Below, piece by piece: positions 28,173 to 38,415 of a stretch of DNA of 64,000 bases. The stretch lies in sequence record MT661596.1; one strand, 5' to 3'. How positions within the stretch are numbered: position 1 is the first letter of the stretch; each line of letters opens with the position of its first letter. A program made the translations under genes and the position numbers. A model generated the notes under the pieces. The model worked only from the letters and a program-made list of their open reading frames with translations, ran no database searches and was not told the origin of the DNA.

Positions 28173-31100
28173 TTTTATATCCTGTCTTTTATAAGAAATC
28201 GATAGCAAGAAAGAAGCAACATATCTTTAACCCGACCTTTGCTTCTCTCGGTGAAATCGAACTACCACGTAGTGCGTTATTACACTACATCCCGCAGGAC
28301 TTAACCGAATATGGCATAGCACCGGATGACATCTTAATCAACCAGTACCCTGATGACATTTATGTTAATCATGTTCAGGATTTAGAAACGCCTTTGGGTA
28401 ACCCTCGTGTAAAAACGGTTGCATTAAACGCCATCATTCGTGCCTACCATAACCGTAACAGACGTCTTAAATTGGTTCGTAACTACAGTTCCGTGCTGCG
28501 TAACGACCGTTGGTTATTTGTTAACAACTACGCAATGGCTCAACACAAAATCATTTACAGACCTGTTTTGTTTGTCGGGTACTATCGCTGGTACAACATG
28601 ATGTTTAACGTGCTGAAAGAAGCAACTAAGTTTCAGTCAACATCAAACCGATATCAGTTTATTCATCTTACCTTACCTGCGGTCATTCCACAAATCAACC
28701 AGCTTAACATTTATGAAGCTCGGATGAACAAAGGTCTAACTAACGTAGGTCTTGAAGAACTCAATGACTACGATGACCAAGAACAACTTGAAATTGTTGC
28801 TGATACATTAAACGATGTAGCACGGTATGAGGATTGGACTGCGCCTATTTCAAAAGAAGATGAGATTGCTATTTACAACATGGTTCGTGGTGTTATTGGC
28901 GATAGACCTATCAAAGGCACTGGTCTTGAATCAACTGAATCTAAAACTTATGGCGAAGTGCTGTCTTCTGGTTTAGAAGCTCTGCGTGCTTTTGAATCTG
29001 AGGTTATGTCATTCAGACCTGAACTTAACATGTCTATTATGAAACGAATCAGAACTCCAGCAGATTACTGGTTCATTCATTTCTGGACGTGGTTAGGTGA
29101 AATGCGTCAAGGGTCTTTGTTCAGTATGCTGGACCACTCAAAGCTTGACCGGATTAACTTGGTTATTAGTAACATGGGCGCGGATATCATCCTTAACCTA
29201 GGTGTTCTTGAAACATGGCGTCAGTCTGTTATTTCTGAATCCGATGGTGATGTTGCTAAAGTGATGAACTTCCGTAAGCATTTGCTGCGTATGTTCACAA
29301 AACTGTTCAATGTAAAAACAGGTGGTACTGAGGTTATCACTGATGATACAGCGGCGGTTACCACATCTGAGCCTGTTATTAGCGAATCAACTTCAGAGCG
29401 CCTTGACGCAGAAGAACAACAAGCTGATGAACAAGATAGCACCATAGACACTGAAGAGTTATATGGTATCAGCATCCCTGGTATTGGTGATATTAAGCTT
29501 GAACCAGAACCCCTACCTGAGCAGAAAGCTGAAACTAAGAAAGAAGTGGATGCTAAGGGTGGTGACCCTAAACCAGCTGAAGTTATCGAAGAAGAAGTCT
29601 ATGAATCTAAATCATTCACCGATGATATTTCTGATGATGAATTTAATGTTGATTTAGAGCAACGCCATCATAAAGAGCCTATCATTGAGTACGATGAACC
29701 CAAACCCGAAGATGGGATTAATAAGTACATCTCCATACTGACTGATGCTAACATGTTATCTGCTGCTGAATACCAGCGATATGTTAAATTGTCTGAGAAG
29801 TACAAAACAATTCCGGCAACAACAGGTGAAGGCACAATAGCTGATGAGATGATTGTTAAACCAGAAGCTATTGCTAACATCGGTGGTTTAGAAGCACCCG
29901 ACTCTATCAGTATTATTGATAAAGGGCTATTAAAATCATCAACAAAGGATTTTGATAAGCAGTATGTTGAAAACGTCATGTCGTCAGACATCGCCGGTGC
30001 TATCATGTCAATACAGAATGCGGGTATCTGTGTTATTGATATTAAATCAGAAGAGGTTTACGACGCGAAGAACCATTATGTTGTTTATAGTGTTACTGTT
30101 CAGCCTGTTGGAGGTAAACAAACTACCATTCGTTTCAGATTCCCGAAAGTAGATGATGATGGTGTGATGGTTATCAACGGGACAAAAACACGATTACGTA
30201 AACAACGTGTTGACATCCCTATTCGTAAAGTTAACACGAGCACCGTATCAATGACTTCTTACTACAGTAAGTTGTTCATGGTTCGCTCGCCTAAATCTAT
30301 CCACGACTATGGCAAGTGGTTATGTAACCGTATCACTGCGTTGTCACTTCCTGTTCTTGATGGTAATGGTAGTGTAGTGACACCGGCCGAAATAACCGGA
30401 CTTGTATTAGGTAGACCATTTGAACCTGCGGTGAGAGTCCCTCATACCTTTGCTATCTTAGCAAGTCGCTTTAAACGGTTTACCTATGACGAGTATCAGT
30501 TTAACTTTGTTCTCAAAGAAACAACGGCTAACCTGGACCCCAAAGTCGTCGATAAGTTTTCAAGCTCTGGCCTTACCGTTACAGGTAATGATGACAAAGG
30601 TAATCCATTATTGATGGATGATAATGGTGTTCTTTATATAGCCCGCCAAGACGTCTTAGACAGCATCGGTGATATAGAGACCCTGTTGGGTCTAGAAACA
30701 TCTAAAGCACCTGTAGAGACCGCTGAGCTCGGTATATTCCGTAAGAAAGTACCTGTCGGGTTTATCCTTGCTTATTATTACGGTTTTACGGAAATGCTCC
30801 GTCGTATCGGTGCGGAAGTTCGTATTGTGCAGAGAGGTGATAGACTTAATCTACAACCTAATGAGCGAACTATTGTGTTTAATGATGAAGTGGTTATTTT
30901 TAGTCGCCACGATAGATTAACTTCTTTATTACTCAATGGTTTTAACAACTACGAAAAAGATATCGCTACGTTCAGTCGTTACGACTTCGACAGAACAAGT
31001 GTTTATTTAAATGTGTTATCATCTAACAAGATGGGTGTTCGCTGGATACGCGAACTTGAGTTGATGAGGGAAATGTGGATTGACCCAATAACGTCTGGGC

Positions 31101-32797
31101 TGTTAAAAGACATGGGTGCACCAATTCACTTTGACTTACTCTTGTTATACGCCGCTAAGATGCTGTTGAACGACCAACATATTCGAGAGACCTCATTCCG
31201 TGGTCAACGTATTCGTGGCTATGAACGTATTTCTGGTGCCATTTACCTTGAATTGGTTAAAGCTGTAAGACAACAGAAATCTAGAGCTACTAGTACGAAA
31301 ACAGGACTTGATTTAAATCCTGATGCGGTTTGGTTCGCTTTACTTAGAGACACCTCTAGCATTCCTGTTGAAGAATGTAACCCAATCCACAACATAAAAG
31401 ACAGTGAAGTTATTACCTATGCAGGTACAGGTGGTCGAACATCTCGTTCAGTGACTAAACCTGGTCGTGAGTATCTTAAAGATAACATGGGTGTTTTATC
31501 TGAGCACACTGTGGATAATGCTGACGTTGCGTACACGGGTTATCTATCAATGGACCCACTCATTACAAACTTGCGTGGTATGACAGCAGCCGCTACTGAA
31601 GATACACCTGCAACTAACATTGTATCTACATCTGCGTTACTTAACCCAGCTGCTGACCGGGATGATGCAAAACGCACCAACTTCATTGGGGTCCAGCACT
31701 CACAGGCTATGTATGCTGTTGGTTATCAGACAACACCTTACCGCACCGGTGAGGAGAGGATGATTGCTCACAGAGCAAGTAAGTTGTTCGCTTATGCGGC
31801 TGAGGCGGATGGCGTCATCACAGAGATGTCAAGTAAGCACCTTATGGCTGAATACGAGACACACAAAGTAGGTGTCGAGTTAGGGTCTCGTTTCGGTAGT
31901 GCTTCTGGTACAGTTTATCACCATGAGATTATCACTGACCTAGAAGTTGGTCATAAGTTTAAGAAGGGTGACATCCTTTGCTGGAATAGAAATTACTTTG
32001 AACGTGATTTCATGGAACCAACGCAAGTATCTTGGAAAGCGGGTGTAATGACCCATCTGATACTTCGTGAAGACCAGTTCTCTTTTGAGGACTCCGGTAT
32101 CATAACTCGTCATGTTGCTAAGAAACTTGCAACAGAAACAGTTAAGGTTGTTGCTATTTCCGTTAACTTTGACCAGGAGGTTCGTAACCTTGTTCCAGTC
32201 GGCACTAACGTTGAGCAGGACGATATTTTATGTATCATCGAAGATAGAGTATCTGCTAACTTAGCAGGTGTTGATGAAGGTTCTTACGACAGCCTACGCC
32301 TCATGGCTGCACCCGGACATAAATCAAAAGTGACAGGTAAGATTGCTAAAATAGATGTGACTTACCGTGGTGACATTGATGACATGTCTGAATCACTTGC
32401 CATCTTAACCAATCGCTGTGACCGCGAAAGAGCTAAGATGAACAAGCGGTTGAACAAGAAGGGCGCTAACACCGGTGCCGTCCGTGAAGACTTGCGTGTC
32501 GGAGGAAAACCTTTAGAAACTAACCAAGCTATCATCGAAATATATATTGTTGTACCTATGCCAACACTGAAAGGTGATAAAGGTGTTATGACTAACCAGA
32601 TGAAGTTTACATTTGGTCGAATTGTCGAGGATGATTTAATTACTGAATCCGGGTTACAACTTGGTGGTGAATTCTCAAATAAAGGTATTGCTAACCGTAT
32701 GGTTACCTCACCTTATATTTGTGGGGTGACTAACCATCTCTTATTCACAATTACCAAAAATGCTCAAGCACTTTATAAGGAGCTTAAAAATGGCTGA
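28169..32797 (+). CDS. virion RNA polymerase beta subunit, N-terminal part (phiKZ gp178-like)
   Basis: 1542 aa; GVMVINGTK, YAGTGGR, RDDAKRTNFIGVQHSQA, FEDSGII, GDKGVMTNQMK. Confidence 0.93.
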   Translation: MILYPVFYKKSIARKKQHIFNPTFASLGEIELPRSALLHYIPQDLTEYGIAPDDILINQYPDDIYVNHVQDLETPLGNPRVKTVALNAIIRAYHNRNRRLKLVRNYSSVLRNDRWLFVNNYAMAQHKIIYRPVLFVGYYRWYNMMFNVLKEATKFQSTSNRYQFIHLTLPAVIPQINQLNIYEARMNKGLTNVGLEELNDYDDQEQLEIVADTLNDVARYEDWTAPISKEDEIAIYNMVRGVIGDRPIKGTGLESTESKTYGEVLSSGLEALRAFESEVMSFRPELNMSIMKRIRTPADYWFIHFWTWLGEMRQGSLFSMLDHSKLDRINLVISNMGADIILNLGVLETWRQSVISESDGDVAKVMNFRKHLLRMFTKLFNVKTGGTEVITDDTAAVTTSEPVISESTSERLDAEEQQADEQDSTIDTEELYGISIPGIGDIKLEPEPLPEQKAETKKEVDAKGGDPKPAEVIEEEVYESKSFTDDISDDEFNVDLEQRHHKEPIIEYDEPKPEDGINKYISILTDANMLSAAEYQRYVKLSEKYKTIPATTGEGTIADEMIVKPEAIANIGGLEAPDSISIIDKGLLKSSTKDFDKQYVENVMSSDIAGAIMSIQNAGICVIDIKSEEVYDAKNHYVVYSVTVQPVGGKQTTIRFRFPKVDDDGVMVINGTKTRLRKQRVDIPIRKVNTSTVSMTSYYSKLFMVRSPKSIHDYGKWLCNRITALSLPVLDGNGSVVTPAEITGLVLGRPFEPAVRVPHTFAILASRFKRFTYDEYQFNFVLKETTANLDPKVVDKFSSSGLTVTGNDDKGNPLLMDDNGVLYIARQDVLDSIGDIETLLGLETSKAPVETAELGIFRKKVPVGFILAYYYGFTEMLRRIGAEVRIVQRGDRLNLQPNERTIVFNDEVVIFSRHDRLTSLLLNGFNNYEKDIATFSRYDFDRTSVYLNVLSSNKMGVRWIRELELMREMWIDPITSGLLKDMGAPIHFDLLLLYAAKMLLNDQHIRETSFRGQRIRGYERISGAIYLELVKAVRQQKSRATSTKTGLDLNPDAVWFALLRDTSSIPVEECNPIHNIKDSEVITYAGTGGRTSRSVTKPGREYLKDNMGVLSEHTVDNADVAYTGYLSMDPLITNLRGMTAAATEDTPATNIVSTSALLNPAADRDDAKRTNFIGVQHSQAMYAVGYQTTPYRTGEERMIAHRASKLFAYAAEADGVITEMSSKHLMAEYETHKVGVELGSRFGSASGTVYHHEIITDLEVGHKFKKGDILCWNRNYFERDFMEPTQVSWKAGVMTHLILREDQFSFEDSGIITRHVAKKLATETVKVVAISVNFDQEVRNLVPVGTNVEQDDILCIIEDRVSANLAGVDEGSYDSLRLMAAPGHKSKVTGKIAKIDVTYRGDIDDMSESLAILTNRCDRERAKMNKRLNKKGANTGAVREDLRVGGKPLETNQAIIEIYIVVPMPTLKGDKGVMTNQMKFTFGRIVEDDLITESGLQLGGEFSNKGIANRMVTSPYICGVTNHLLFTITKNAQALYKELKNG

Positions 32798-33185
32798 CAT
32801 TAATGACGTAGCAGGTATTAAGGCTAAGATTGCGGCTGCGAAGACCCTTGGTCAGAAACAACGTGTGTTTTCCGAAATGGTTGGCATGTTACTGACATGG
32901 ATTTACACCCAACCAGACTTATCGGTTTCTTTAGGTGAAGCGTTGCGTTCTGAAGCACAAGCAAATGCTAATGCGGTAAATGGGAAAGGTATTTCTAACT
33001 CGTTGCATTTATTAAAACTCGCTATTGATTTGAATTTATTCATCAAGGGGGTTTACCAAACAGATACTCCTGCGTATAAACCATTAGGTGACTATTGGAA
33101 ATCTATTGGTGGTACATGGGGTGGTGATTTTAAATCAAGACCTGATGGTAATCACTTCTCACTGGAATACAATGGGGTTCGCTAA
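32790..33185 (+). CDS. M15-family (L-Ala-D-Glu type) peptidase endolysin
   Basis: AAGGAG RBS before ATG 32790; SNSLHLLKLAIDLN...WGGDFKSRPDGNHFSLE carries the Zn-binding H/D/H residues. Confidence 0.9.
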   Translation: MADINDVAGIKAKIAAAKTLGQKQRVFSEMVGMLLTWIYTQPDLSVSLGEALRSEAQANANAVNGKGISNSLHLLKLAIDLNLFIKGVYQTDTPAYKPLGDYWKSIGGTWGGDFKSRPDGNHFSLEYNGVR

Positions 33186-33208
33186 CTCAGTAATCTATAT
33201 GAGACAGT

Positions 33209-33243
33209 ACGGGGTCATCGAAAGATGGCTCCGCTTTTATTTA
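33209..33243 (+). terminator. GNRA hairpin terminator
   Basis: cggggtcatc-gaaa-gatggctccg followed by cttttattt. Confidence 0.65.
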
Positions 33244-33256
33244 GCCTGGAGACATC

Positions 33257-33454
33257 ATGAACGATAATTCCCTTTATGACAACACCGCAGCCACTGCTAA
33301 CATTGTTAGCGTTGTAAGTGCTGTGTTACAAAAAGTTTCAGGTAACAAAATAGCCGACATGTCTTCTGTGGAAGATAAATCTGCACTGGCTAACTTTGTT
33401 GCTGTTAAGTTACAAACCCGTCTTACCCCGCTTATTGTTGGAGGTGTTAAGTGA
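33257..33454 (+). CDS. small hypothetical protein
   Basis: 65 aa, GGAG RBS, coupled to the next gene. Confidence 0.65.
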   Translation: MNDNSLYDNTAATANIVSVVSAVLQKVSGNKIADMSSVEDKSALANFVAVKLQTRLTPLIVGGVK

Positions 33455-34992
33455 TTCGATTAGAAGAAGCACAAGCCGGTTTCGCAATCGCTAGTATGTT
33501 GACTTCCGCCGGGGTGACTTTAAAACCTTGTACCGATACTAACCTTGCACGTTTAAATCACGCTGTTGCTATTGATAACGACCCAGTCGCAGCAGATGAT
33601 GTTGTTGATAAACTGATTACTCGCAGCACCTTGATTCGCGTAGCTGAATCCCAGGAAGCTGGTAAACCAGATGTCACCATTCCTTCTGAACACACCAAAG
33701 TAAAAGCTGATATTGTTGAAACTTTAGCACTTGGTGTTGCTCGTGTTCAGAAGAAAGCAGTTGAAGTTGTTATCCCTGCAATCAAGTCTGTTCGCAACCG
33801 TATTGATGAAATGGTTGGTGAGCGTGATAATGATAATGCCCTAGCACCTGATATCGAAGTTTATAACTTTGATGATATCTGGTCATCGGTAATCGCTGAC
33901 TCTATTCGCGAACGTTATAAAAGTGTTGATGATGCTGGCTTTATTAACATCAACATGCCTAACCGCACTCCTGAAGCTATCATGAGTATGCTTGACACAC
34001 CTCACTCAGAACTCAAAGCGTTTATCGAGCATGAGCTTGGTGAATGGCCTGGTCTTGCTGAGCAGGTTTACCGTTCGTGGTTCCAGTTTGGTTATCTCAA
34101 TGATAAAGAAGACTACAAGTTTCTTTCTCGTGTAACCCAACGCAACCAAAACGGTGAAATTGAATTAATCTTAAAGGGTAATGACCCTCTTGAGTTTCGT
34201 TCAGCTTACGGCGCTTTATTCATTGCTTTTGTTATGGCATCCCATCTTTATGAAAATATGCCTACTGAACTTGTTGGTGTTGTTCCTAAAGATAAATACC
34301 AGATGGTGATGAGTGGTTATCGAGCTCATGTTGGGTTTATCATCTCGCGTATTATGACAGCTCGTGAATTTAGTATCAAAAATAACACACTGTTCATTCA
34401 AATGCCAATCACATCTAACTGGCGTCTTGGTGAGTTACCTGAAGGTAAGTTAGTCCTTAACGGTGATGTTTATAAGTCGTATCTGACCAATGGCGGTAGC
34501 GTTGAAGCTATTCTTGGCAACATCTATACAGACCGTGTTATCTCTGCACGAACTATCTTGGATGCCAAAGACCGTTTTGAAACACAATACGAACAAGTTA
34601 AGAATGCGTTCCGTACTGTATCTAACAATAATCGTCACACCATCCTGGTTCGTGCGGTATCCACTGCGTTAATTGAACACGTCCGTGGTATCCCGGAAGA
34701 CCTTTGGGGTGAGTTAACTGACGATGGATTCAATCGTAACAATACTAAAGGTGATGTTATTTCAAGCATCACATCTATCTTAACTAGCCAAAACACACCG
34801 TCTGACAGTATCGGTCTTGACATGCTTATTACGCGTGTTCTTGCTAACCAGGTGTATAGCCGATACCACACCTATGAGTTCTTGGAAGCGATGTTTAACT
34901 ACAAAGACCAGACATTATCCCCTGCGATGATTGCTGCTAATGTATTTACTGACATCCTGATTGATGAACTTCTTTCCACTCTTATGTATTAA
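33451..34992 (+). CDS. head/virion protein (phiKZ gp177 / SPN3US gp243-like)
   Basis: 513 aa, GGAGG RBS with GTG start; recalled synteny between vRNAP beta and the protease. Confidence 0.6.
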   Translation: MIRLEEAQAGFAIASMLTSAGVTLKPCTDTNLARLNHAVAIDNDPVAADDVVDKLITRSTLIRVAESQEAGKPDVTIPSEHTKVKADIVETLALGVARVQKKAVEVVIPAIKSVRNRIDEMVGERDNDNALAPDIEVYNFDDIWSSVIADSIRERYKSVDDAGFININMPNRTPEAIMSMLDTPHSELKAFIEHELGEWPGLAEQVYRSWFQFGYLNDKEDYKFLSRVTQRNQNGEIELILKGNDPLEFRSAYGALFIAFVMASHLYENMPTELVGVVPKDKYQMVMSGYRAHVGFIISRIMTAREFSIKNNTLFIQMPITSNWRLGELPEGKLVLNGDVYKSYLTNGGSVEAILGNIYTDRVISARTILDAKDRFETQYEQVKNAFRTVSNNNRHTILVRAVSTALIEHVRGIPEDLWGELTDDGFNRNNTKGDVISSITSILTSQNTPSDSIGLDMLITRVLANQVYSRYHTYEFLEAMFNYKDQTLSPAMIAANVFTDILIDELLSTLMY

Positions 34993-35003
34993 TTAAAACA
35001 AGG

Positions 35004-35741
35004 TTGCCACTCATGGACATTTCTAAACTCACTCGTGACCCAAAGAAGGTCCGTGCAATCTTTGTTGAGATGGAAGACGATTCAATCGTTACTCGTGAGG
35101 GATGTAAAATCTACATCCCTAATCGATATATCAATAAAGGTTTAGCGGGTATTGGTGACACGGTATGGTCTGTAGGGGTGTTTGTTATTGTCACTGATTC
35201 AGGTTCATACTCCATCAGTTCAGCTACATCATTCTTAACTTTAGACCCAAGTGATATACGTCAAGTTAAACTACCGGATGAAAACATGTATTATGAACTA
35301 TACTTCCCAGCAGGAAGTGTAGTGTTTAAATCCAAATGGTTGAGTAAGACAGACAAACCTATTGACCCACTCTTCGAAGAGTTTGTCATCAACGGTAATA
35401 TTCCGTATGGGTTTACTGTGTTTGATTACGCTAAGTTATTTAGGTTTGCTAATATGTACTCAGGTTTCAACATGGGTGCTAATAATCAGATATTTGAATC
35501 TTTAGTTGCCATCACAGCGCGTGACCCTAAGGATTTAAATAAACAATGGCGGTATTGTAACACTAAGCAAACTGATGCATACACTAACCCACCGGTTATT
35601 GTTGGTTTGCGTAATGCGGCAAGAATCTCCACAAACACCACTGCTAAGTTACTGGGTTCTTACTTTGGTGATGCGCGTGTGTCGGCGTTGATTAACCCAC
35701 CAAGTCGTTTAGAGGGCGTTGAAGAAATATTAAGGAGATAG
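35004..35741 (+). CDS. vRNAP-associated protein (phiKZ gp176-like)
   Basis: 245 aa; size and position before the protease match recalled gp176/gp244. Confidence 0.55.
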   Translation: MPLMDISKLTRDPKKVRAIFVEMEDDSIVTREGCKIYIPNRYINKGLAGIGDTVWSVGVFVIVTDSGSYSISSATSFLTLDPSDIRQVKLPDENMYYELYFPAGSVVFKSKWLSKTDKPIDPLFEEFVINGNIPYGFTVFDYAKLFRFANMYSGFNMGANNQIFESLVAITARDPKDLNKQWRYCNTKQTDAYTNPPVIVGLRNAARISTNTTAKLLGSYFGDARVSALINPPSRLEGVEEILRR

Positions 35742-35743
35742 TA

Positions 35744-36463
35744 ATGAGCGCCGATTCCACTAACTCGGAGACTAATGACCTATTAGAGTTTCTTGAGTTA
35801 TTCCCGCCTGCCATTAAAAACAATACGAAAATCTTAGGTAATGGTGTTGATTTGAATTACACATTTCATATTAGCACCAACCCTAAGATTAAGTTATTCA
35901 CACCTTCTATATCCCAACGGACAATGAATAAAGAAGACCGTAGTGTACCGCGTGTATCTACTGCTAAAACACTGAATGGGTGTATTGGTGGTTATGTCGC
36001 ATTACTCTATGACTTCGAAGCAATGGATGGTAAGGATTGGAATGGTGGTTGGAAGATTTATGCGTTACCGTATGTTCACGCACTACAACCTAATAAAAAC
36101 ATTTTAGGTGATGCAGAACAAACAGAAGAAGTTTGGTTGGTGGGATATAACAAGTCACATCGTACATACCCGGCACTTATAGCGGGCGAAATGTTTGTGA
36201 TGAGCATGGCTATCGTTGTAGACCCTGATGTGAAATACCATCGTAAAACGGTAGTAACAATGTATGTACGTGTTGCTGACGGTTATCAACTTCCCTTAAA
36301 TAAGCAAGTTGTATTGCGTTCTGGTTATTACCATCTCACCTACAATGATTATTACACAGCTGTTGATGTCCGTAATCCACAGGACATTATTGTTAGACCT
36401 GTAAGTGCAGGCGAATACAATACCAAAAAGAAAATTGGGTCAGCTAACCTAAGTTACCAATAA
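35744..36463 (+). CDS. putative ADP-ribosyltransferase-fold protein
   Basis: FHIS / RVSTA / QTEEVWL motifs in ART strand order; AAGGAG RBS. Confidence 0.45.
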   Translation: MSADSTNSETNDLLEFLELFPPAIKNNTKILGNGVDLNYTFHISTNPKIKLFTPSISQRTMNKEDRSVPRVSTAKTLNGCIGGYVALLYDFEAMDGKDWNGGWKIYALPYVHALQPNKNILGDAEQTEEVWLVGYNKSHRTYPALIAGEMFVMSMAIVVDPDVKYHRKTVVTMYVRVADGYQLPLNKQVVLRSGYYHLTYNDYYTAVDVRNPQDIIVRPVSAGEYNTKKKIGSANLSYQ

Positions 36464-36474
36464 ATGGTGGTGTC

Positions 36475-37302
36475 ATGAGTAATATTACATTTTCCTGTCA
36501 GAAATTACAGGGTGTAAATAAAGCGGGTATTTTAAAACCAGATAGTGATGGTTACTACACAGTTGTTGGGGGTGGTTTTAACATCACTAATGAATCTAAC
36601 AACTACTACCCGTTTAACAAATACCTTGAAAACTGTTTTAAGCGTAGTTCTGCGTTTATGCGCAGAATCACTCGTGGTCATCTGCGTGGCGAATTCAACC
36701 ACCCGGCTCCATGGGCTGGTATGACTGAAGCTGCATGGTTTGCTAGATTACGTGAAATTAAGCTTGAGCGTGCAGCGATGCATATCAGCGATGTCACCTT
36801 AGATTTTAATAATTATAAAAGTCATCTGGGTGAAACGATGGTCGCGTGTATCCTAAAGATACGTCCTGTCAAAAATGAATTTGGTGAGCAATTACTTGAC
36901 TCACTGAACAATCCTAAGGAAGACACTTGCTTCTCTGTCCGTACCTTGACGCTGGATACACCTAATGGGTTAAATTGGCGTAAAGATGTTTATGAGATGG
37001 TTACCTGGGATTACGTTCCTGAACCTGGTGTGCGAAATGCAACCAAATACCATTCTCCTGGATTAGAGTCTTTCCAAGAACCTAATAACGGACCTACTGT
37101 TATAGCCTCTGGTCAGGACTATGCGTTCTCACCACAAACTATCCGTGATGTATTGTATACGGCTAAACATGTGGATAATAACGGTACTGGTTTAGAAGCT
37201 ATTGCGGGTGACGTAGAGCCTCTTGAAAACATCCTTAAGGCATTTGGTATGGAGTCTAGTAAAAACTCTCCTGTATTGCGTCCAGCTCATCTACGCTGGT
37301 GA
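36475..37302 (+). CDS. prohead protease (phiKZ gp175-like)
   Basis: LRGEFNHP, FSVRT, TWDYVPEPG motifs; C-terminal GLE/GME self-cleavage-type sites. Confidence 0.88.
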   Translation: MSNITFSCQKLQGVNKAGILKPDSDGYYTVVGGGFNITNESNNYYPFNKYLENCFKRSSAFMRRITRGHLRGEFNHPAPWAGMTEAAWFARLREIKLERAAMHISDVTLDFNNYKSHLGETMVACILKIRPVKNEFGEQLLDSLNNPKEDTCFSVRTLTLDTPNGLNWRKDVYEMVTWDYVPEPGVRNATKYHSPGLESFQEPNNGPTVIASGQDYAFSPQTIRDVLYTAKHVDNNGTGLEAIAGDVEPLENILKAFGMESSKNSPVLRPAHLRW

Positions 37303-37310
37303 TATAAATC

Positions 37311-37342
37311 AAAGCCTGGGTTAAGCCTGGGCTTTTATGCCG
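37311..37342 (+). terminator. hairpin terminator with TTTATGCCG tail
   Basis: agcctggg/cctgggct stem then tttatgccg. Confidence 0.6.
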
Positions 37343-37412
37343 ATTTGTTAAACATTACTCAAATACCCATTTATATGCTCTCAGTAATTCATTTAATTCA
37401 TCAGAGGTTAAA

Positions 37413-38081
37413 ATGTCAGATAAATCTATTTTAAACGCTCCTCACTATTTGCTTCGTGCCGCGCTAGCTAGTCAGGATGTGAGTGAATTTATTACTCGCT
37501 ATATTGACGCTTATGAACAGTCGAAGGAAATTTTCACTAATCACAAAGATAAAATCATGCAAGCCGATAACCCTAAAACAGCGGAGGCTAGCATCCTTGC
37601 TTTAATGAATGATGTTATTGCTTTATTCCTCGGTGGCAAGGGTAACGCAACACCGTGGGTTATTGTTCAACACACACCATCATCAGTTGGTCGCGCGTTT
37701 CAGGCTGAATTACTTAAAATGTTTTCCTCATCTGAAGTGACACACGATGAGGTTATTAATGCCGTTAACCGTATTCTCTTTGAAGTGCTTAATTTAGATG
37801 GTCTTATGCAACACCTTAAAGATAAATCTGTAGACTGCTTAGAGGTTGTTGCTAACTTAAACCAACAAGCCATCTCGTTGTTAACATATCGTCATATTGG
37901 CTATGGTGATGATAACACAGAGACTATTGTTTACCCTGATGATTCAGAACTTATTTCTAAAGCAACTGAGCTTTCGCATAACTTCTCTATGGCCCTTGGT
38001 GAACACATGTATGACGCTGGGTCTGAAGACTTCATCGCTTTAACTGCTATGAAAAGCGCTATAGCTAAAATAAAATCATAG
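37413..38081 (+). CDS. hypothetical helical protein
   Basis: 222 aa, GAGG RBS. Confidence 0.7.
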   Translation: MSDKSILNAPHYLLRAALASQDVSEFITRYIDAYEQSKEIFTNHKDKIMQADNPKTAEASILALMNDVIALFLGGKGNATPWVIVQHTPSSVGRAFQAELLKMFSSSEVTHDEVINAVNRILFEVLNLDGLMQHLKDKSVDCLEVVANLNQQAISLLTYRHIGYGDDNTETIVYPDDSELISKATELSHNFSMALGEHMYDAGSEDFIALTAMKSAIAKIKS

Positions 38082-38098
38082 TTCCAAAAAATCACATC

Positions 38099-38115
38099 CC
38101 TATATTACTAAGGTG
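38099..38115 (+). promoter_or_regulatory. putative early promoter
   Basis: cctatattac-taagg-tg matches the window consensus. Confidence 0.6.
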
Positions 38116-38151
38116 TATAAGTAGTAGTAATAATAAAAGAGGTATTTATTA

Positions 38152-38415
38152 ATGAGTTCTACTGGTAAGAAAGAACTGACCATCACAGTCAGCGGTAAGT
38201 CAAATACTGGCGTTACTAGTTCACTTCTGGCTATTAAAGAACTACTGGCGTCCCATGGGTTTGAAATTGAACACGACTCGCTAACTAACGAACGCATCGA
38301 TGAAAATCCTGATTTAGATTTTAACACGGTATTAAGTTTGTTACCAAAGCGTGTTAAAATTAAGCTTGTGGAAAAGCCTATTATCGAAACCGTCAGCATT
38401 CGCAGTATGGAGTAA
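38152..38415 (+). CDS. small protein with degenerate P-loop
   Basis: LTITVSGKSNTGVTS (GxxxxG-V-T; catalytic Lys absent). Confidence 0.65.
   Translation: MSSTGKKELTITVSGKSNTGVTSSLLAIKELLASHGFEIEHDSLTNERIDENPDLDFNTVLSLLPKRVKIKLVEKPIIETVSIRSME

Noticed and set aside
26541-32797. Inteins or group I introns in the RNAP subunits
   Set aside because: ORFs are continuous, with no intein C/S...HN-C/S/T block or LAGLIDADG/HNH insert recognised; the acidic segment in beta looks like a linker
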